Shown piece by piece: positions 56,325-64,000 of a stretch of DNA of 64,000 nt. Location of the stretch: assembly GCA_964016885.1 (NCBI GenBank), contig OZ024741.1, positions 110,670,001 through 110,734,000 on the forward strand. Direction: 5' to 3'. This stretch comes from Eledone cirrhosa (Eukaryota). The translations under genes and the position numbers were made by a program. The notes beneath the pieces were generated by a model. It was given only the letters and a program-made list of their open reading frames with translations, made no database searches and was not told the origin of the DNA. The first letter of the stretch is position 1. Every line of letters begins with the position of its first letter.

Positions 56325-56945
56325 GGCTTAAGTGAAGAAACAACCTGTACAAAATTGACCGTTAATAGTAGTGAGACTTAAGTGAAGTAACTCCCTGCAC
56401 AAAACTGACCCTTAAATAGTAAAATAATTCTAACTATTTTACTATTACCCACTCACACGATAATTTCAGAAGTAGGCTGTTCTATTGATCAGGCAATGGG
56501 AACACTCATTGTAACCAACGGAAGTCCCTTCTGTCTCTGTGTGTGTTGTATATTTTCACAAAACTCTAGAAATCTTTTGTCTATGCTTGATCCTTAAATA
56601 GTTGGTTGGTTGATTAAAGACTATGATCTTTTGTTACCACAGTTTCATGTCTTTATGGCGATGACTGTGTGAGAAGAGTATATTTTTATAGGTTTTTACT
56701 TTACATACATATTGTAGAGACGAACACACACTATATGTGGAAAAAAAATGTGTGTGTGTTGGTATATATATATTTATGTGTATGTGTTGGTATATATATT
56801 TATCTGTGTATGTGTGTGCCAGTTAATATATATATATGTGTATGTTTTGTATATTTTCACAAAGTAAATTTTCTCTGCATATTGTATATAATGGTAGCCT
56901 GACTATACAAGATTAGTAACACATGTCAAAATGTACTATAACTCT

Positions 56946-57000
<55 letters not shown>

Positions 57001-57507
57001 CACCCACCCCTCTCTGCCGATATACCACTCACCAATATAGCTCATCTGAGTCACCCACATACACACACCACTCTGATATGCCACCCTTTACTATAACTTA
57101 TCTGAGACACATGCACACATACATACACATACATACATACACACACATACGTACACACACATACGTACACACACATACACATACATACATACATACATAC
57201 ACACACACATATACATACATACATACACACACACGCACACATACTCCACTACACCACCACCCTCTTTGCAGTCTGAAAGGACATTTCAGATATTTTCTTG
57301 TTAAAACATTATATTACCTCTTACACCACTTGCTTCATGTATTTTCTACATTACGTTTGTTAATATTTCTATTTCATTTTTTTTATTGTTACTAGTAGTA
57401 TTGTTATTGTTCTTGTTTGAAATATTTTTTAAGCCATTTTATTTTCATAAACTTCAGGTCTTGTTAATTTATGTAATGTCTCACCACTTCCAACAAGTTG
57501 TAGCTGA

Positions 57508-57576
<69 letters not shown>

Positions 57577-57838
57577 TATATAAATACATATGTATATATA
57601 TATATATATAATGTGGCCCATCCTCACACTGTTGTTGTTGCTTCTAGTCTGTGGTAACAGAACTTTTGAGTGACAAATGTCCCTTATTTCTCTCTCTCTA
57701 TTACACACACACACGTACGGTTGTATGTGTATTTATATAGACACACACACACACACACACGTACGGTTGTATGTGTATTTATATAAACACACATACACGT
57801 ACGGTTGTATGTGTATTTATATAAACACGCACACATAC

Positions 57839-58196
57839 ATCATCATCACCGTTCTTTCATGCTAGCATGGGTTAGACGGGTTGTCCTGTTGTGGGCAGTG
57901 TCCGGTCGGCTGACCTTGTCTTGCTCATACGGGATTTCTACAGCTGGATGCCCTTCCTAACACCAACCTCATTTACAGTGAGTGCTGGGTGCTTTTTTTC
58001 CGTGGCGCCTAGACGTCCACTTTACAGTGGAATGATATGGACCCCAGTCCTATCATCTCATTTTTACAGTTGAGTAAACTGGAGCAATGTGAAATAAAGT
58101 GTCTTGCTCAAGGAAACACCTTACCCGGTCCGAGAATTGAACTCACAACCTTTCGATTGCAAGCCCAATGCTCTAACCACTAAGCCATGCGCCTTC
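57839..58196 (-). mobile_element. tRNA/CORE-type SINE with long RTE-A tail (small deletions)
   Basis: Reverse-complement homolog of 55935-56324. Confidence 0.9.
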
Positions 58197-58556
58197 ACAC
58201 ACATATATATTTATGTATATTCCTTCTGCCCTCCCTCTCCGTTCTTCTCCACTAAAACACATTTGATGACAATTGTGAAATTTGTACTTTATTATCAATT
58301 AAATATTCCCCTCCTCCACTTTTCTGTTTATCCACTATAATTGAATAAGGACAACAACCAACGTGATTACACGACCACCACTACCATAACAACAACAACA
58401 CATGATTATAACAACCTCCACCATAATTGTATCAGATGTTTTTTTTGTCATCTGTGGCTCATCTTCACACTGTTGTTTCTAGTCTGTGTCTCACTATGTG
58501 GTAACAGGAGGAAAACTTTTGAGAGACAAATGTCCCTTGCTCTCTCTCTCTCTCTC

Positions 58557-58735
58557 TAGGAACAAGTAAGACCCCGACGGCGGAGCTCAAGCCGTTTCGA
58601 CGGCTAATTCGTCGAAACGGCTTGAGCTCAGCCGTCGGGGTCTTACTTGTTCCTATTACCCACTCTACTACCCTAAGTATTGAGTACTTTCGTGCGTTAT
58701 GGTCCACCTGGTTCCTTACCACATTTCCTTCGTTA
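58557..58735 (+). mobile_element. Hammerhead-bearing pLTR remnant forming a 46-bp-arm hairpin (58557-58655)
   Basis: One mismatch between the arms. The right arm reads GACG gctaatt CGTC-GAAA-CGGC ttgagctca GCCG-TC^-GGGG. Sits between (CT)n and (TA)n. Confidence 0.8.
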
Positions 58736-58739
58736 TATA

Positions 58740-58790
<51 letters not shown>

Positions 58791-59008
58791 ATATATATAT
58801 ATCTATATATATATATCTATATATATATATATATATAGATCTCTCTCTCTATATATATATATAGATATATATATCTATATATATATATATATATATATAT
58901 CTATAGATATATATATATATATCTATAGATATATAGATATCTATCTATAGATATATAGATATATATATATCTATAGATATATATATATCTATCTATATAT
59001 ATATATAT

Positions 59009-59423
59009 ATCATCATCATCATCATCATCATCATCAACGTTTAACGTCCGTGTTCCACGCTTGCATGGGTTTGGACGGGGGTAGTCCCACTTGAGGCAAG
59101 AGTGATTGTCTTGCTCGCATAGGACTGTCTGGCAGGTTTTCTACAGCTGGATGCCCTTCCTAACACCAACCACGTTTACAGTGTGGACTGGGAGGTTTTT
59201 ACCGTGTTGCCTACACGGCCACATTACAGCGTGGACTGTGTGTTTTTTTGTCGTGACACCTACACAATCTCATTTGTTTCGGCCTGGATGGTGTGGCACC
59301 AACATAACTTTACATAGAACGGGGTGGTGTGGATGGGGTGGGGCGGGGTGGGGGGGGGTATTTTGTTAGAAATGCCTACTGGCTGTAGTAGGTTTTACTA
59401 TGTACTTAGGTAAGGCGGGTCTT
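59009..59423 (-). mobile_element. RTE-B 3'UTR fragment
   Basis: Includes KTRLT* and the full 3'UTR; TA arrays on both sides. Confidence 0.95.
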
Positions 59424-59519
59424 TATATATATATATATATATAGATATATATATATATATCTATATAGATATATTTATATATATATCTATATATATATAT
59501 ATCTATATATATATATATA

Positions 59520-59632
<113 letters not shown>

Positions 59633-60043
59633 ATATATATCTATATATATCTATCTATATATATCTATATATATATCTATATATATCTATATATATATCT
59701 ATATATATCTATATATATCTATATATATATATATATATCTATATATATATATATATCTATATATATATATATATCTATATATATATATATATCTATATAT
59801 CTCTATATATAATCTATATATATATATATATCTATCTATCTATCTATATATATATATCATACAAAAGTGAGTTACAAACGAAACGAAATTTAATTTCGTT
59901 TCGTTATTTGTTTTTATCGTCTCCGTTGAACCGGTACTTACTCACACTCTATGCAAATTAGTCTGCCCACTACTAATTATCATAGAAAAAGCATATAACG
60001 ATATGTGCTTTTACGATTCTCTAGAGAGGCCGGAAGATAGGTA

Positions 60044-60088
60044 AATATTGCTGATGAGTTGTAACAACAACGAAACTAGTTCAATATT
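60044..60088 (+). ncRNA. Minimal type-I hammerhead ribozyme in island 59857-60290
   Basis: AATATTG-CTGATGA-GTTG taacaa CAAC-GAAA-CTAG-TT^-CAATATT. It has a 7-bp stem I, a perfect core, a palindromic stem III and a GUU triplet. Confidence 0.88.
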
Positions 60089-60310
60089 CCTTGTCTGGCT
60101 TTCTGGAGAATAGAGGAAAGGTGTTTCCTCAAAAACCAGTATGACTCTAAAAACCGGTTTGTCTGTGTGTTTACATACAGAATAGCTGGCCACTCACAGT
60201 AAAGTGACCAGTGAAAAAACTTGGTACATCTACATATGTATACGTGTGTGTATTCATATACATACTAGTATTTCAGTATACATATATGGATGTACATCTT
60301 TAACTTAATT

Positions 60311-61869
<1,559 letters not shown>

Positions 61870-63179
61870 TAGAGAAGAAATTCCAAACATGGAAGCACGG
61901 CCTAGAGTCAAAAGGACTTAAAATTAACCTGGCTAAGACCAAAGTACTAGTTTGTAGGAAAGAAAACAAGGCGGCGGTCCCTTCTGGGAAATGGTCGTGC
62001 TCGGTGTGTAGGAAAGGCGTAGGTAGAAACTCCATTTTATGTCCTAAATGCAAAGTATGGGTGCATAAAAGATGTAGTGGGATCACAGGTAGGCTAACTA
62101 AGAACATAGATTTTACATGTGGCCGGTGCTCTGGTGCAATAAGTAGCAGCAAGTGCCCACAAACTACTAGCTCTTTCAATTGCGCAGAGGGTTCTATAGA
62201 AATAGTGGACAGCTTCCGTTACCTGGGCGATAAAATCAGCAGTGGGGGAGGGTGCTCTGAAAGTACTGTAGCTAGAGTCAGAACTGGTTGGAAAAAGTTC
62301 AGAGAGCTTATACCACTATTAGCTGCTAAAGGGTTCTCACTAAAAATGAAAGGCAGGTTGTACGATGCCTGCATACGAACAGCAATGCTGCATGGCAGTG
62401 AGACCTGGGCATTGTGTGCAGAGGATATACGCAGACTAGAGAGGAACGAAGCTTGCATGCTCCGCTGGATGTGTAACAGTAATATACGTGAACGGCAAAG
62501 CATAAACGAACTAAGGAATAAATTAAAGATAAGAGGGATCAGATGTTGTTTACTCGAGAGAAGGCTACGTTGGTATGGACACGTGATGCGCATGAAAGTC
62601 GATAGCTGTATAACAAAGTGCAGGGCAATAAAGATAGACGGTAGTCACGGAATAGGCAGACCTAGAAAAACCTGGGACGAGCTGATAAACTCCGACATCA
62701 CACACTTACACCTCTCCAAGACAATGTCACTGGACCGAGACCTTTGGCGGTACTCAGTAACAGAGAAGACCCGCCTTACCTAAATATATAGTAAAACCTA
62801 CTCCAGCCAGTAGGCATCTCTAACAAAATACACCCCGTCCCACCACCCCCACCCGATCCACACCACCCCGTTCTATGTAAAGTTATGTTGGTGCCGCGCC
62901 ATCGAGGCCGAAACAAATGAGATCGTGTAGGTGTCACGACAAAAAAACACACAGTCCACGCTGTAATGTGGCCGTGTAGGCAACACGGTAAAAACCTCCC
63001 AGACCCACACTGTAAATGTGGTTGGTGTTAGGAAGGGCATCCAACTGTAGAAAACCTGCCAGACAGTCCTATGCGAGCAAGACAATCACTCTTGCCTCAA
63101 GTGGGACTACCCCCGTCCAAACCCATGCAAGCGTGGAACACGGACGTTAAACGTTGATGATGATGATGATGATGATGAT
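61870..63179 (+). mobile_element. RTE-B, 5'-truncated just after the YADD motif
   Basis: [14 protein letters not shown]...PHD finger...KTRLT*, then the 3'UTR and (GAT)n. Nearly identical to the 5267-8663 copy. Confidence 0.96.
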
Positions 63180-63195
63180 AGATAGATATATAAGA

Positions 63196-63243
<48 letters not shown>

Positions 63244-63951
63244 TAGATATATGAGATCTATATATATATTTATATATATAGATAGATAGATATATAATAT
63301 CTATCTATATATATATATATATATATATAGATATATAAGATCTATATATATAGATATATAAGATCTATATATATATAGATATATATATATATAGATATAT
63401 ATATAGATATATATATATATATATAGATATATAGATATATATATATATATATATATATAGATATATAGATATCTCTATATATCTATATATATAGATCTTA
63501 TATATCTATATATATATATATATAGATCTTATATATCTATCTATATATATATATATAGATCTTATATATCTATCTATATATAGATCTTATATATCTATCT
63601 ATATATAGATCTTATATATCTATCTATATATAGATCTTATATATCTATCTATATATATATCTATATATATCTATCTATATATAGATCTTATATATCTATC
63701 TATATATATATCTATATATATCTATATATATATAGATCTTATATATCTATATATATATATCTATATATATATATATATATATCTATATCTATATATATAT
63801 ATATCTATATATATATATATATCTCTATATATCTCTATAAATATATCTATATATATATATATCTATATATATATATATATATATCTATATATATATATAT
63901 CTCTATATATCTCTATAAATATATCTATATATATATATCTATATATATATA

Positions 63952-63986
<35 letters not shown>

Positions 63987-64000
63987 ATATATATATATAT
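63180..64000. repeat. (TA)n/(TAGA)/(TATC) array with AGATCT-containing subrepeats
   Basis: Directly visible; runs off the end of the window. Confidence 0.95.

Noticed and set aside
59951-59958. Octamer ATGCAAAT (also ATTTGCAT at 24161) as a promoter element of ribozyme islands
   Set aside because: An 8-mer is expected by chance in AT-rich DNA, and no accompanying promoter elements were recognised.

Overview
AT-rich animal genomic DNA that looks intronic or intergenic. The repeat repertoire suggests an octopus or other cephalopod (inference). I could not identify any host gene. Most ORFs in the supplied track (YIYI/ICIY runs) are translations of kilobase-scale interrupted (TA)n microsatellites. 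The interpretable content is transposon-derived: two subfamilies of RTE-clade LINE carrying a PHD-type finger (one nearly full-ORF copy at 5267-8663 plus many 3' fragments), a bipartite non-autonomous RTE with a C2H2 remnant, tRNA/CORE-type SINEs with RTE tails, Nin-like SINE relics, a decayed Naiad-like Penelope element, a non-autonomous Helitron, an internally deleted mariner, piggyBac-like TTAA MITEs and a head-to-head pair of Tx1/L1 3' ends. The most notable hidden signal is a set of about seven sequence-unrelated short islands in or beside (TA)n arrays. Each carries an intact or degenerate minimal type-I hammerhead ribozyme with a palindromic stem III. Several are arranged as inverted pairs, and two have breakpoints at ribozyme landmarks (the cleavage site and stem II).
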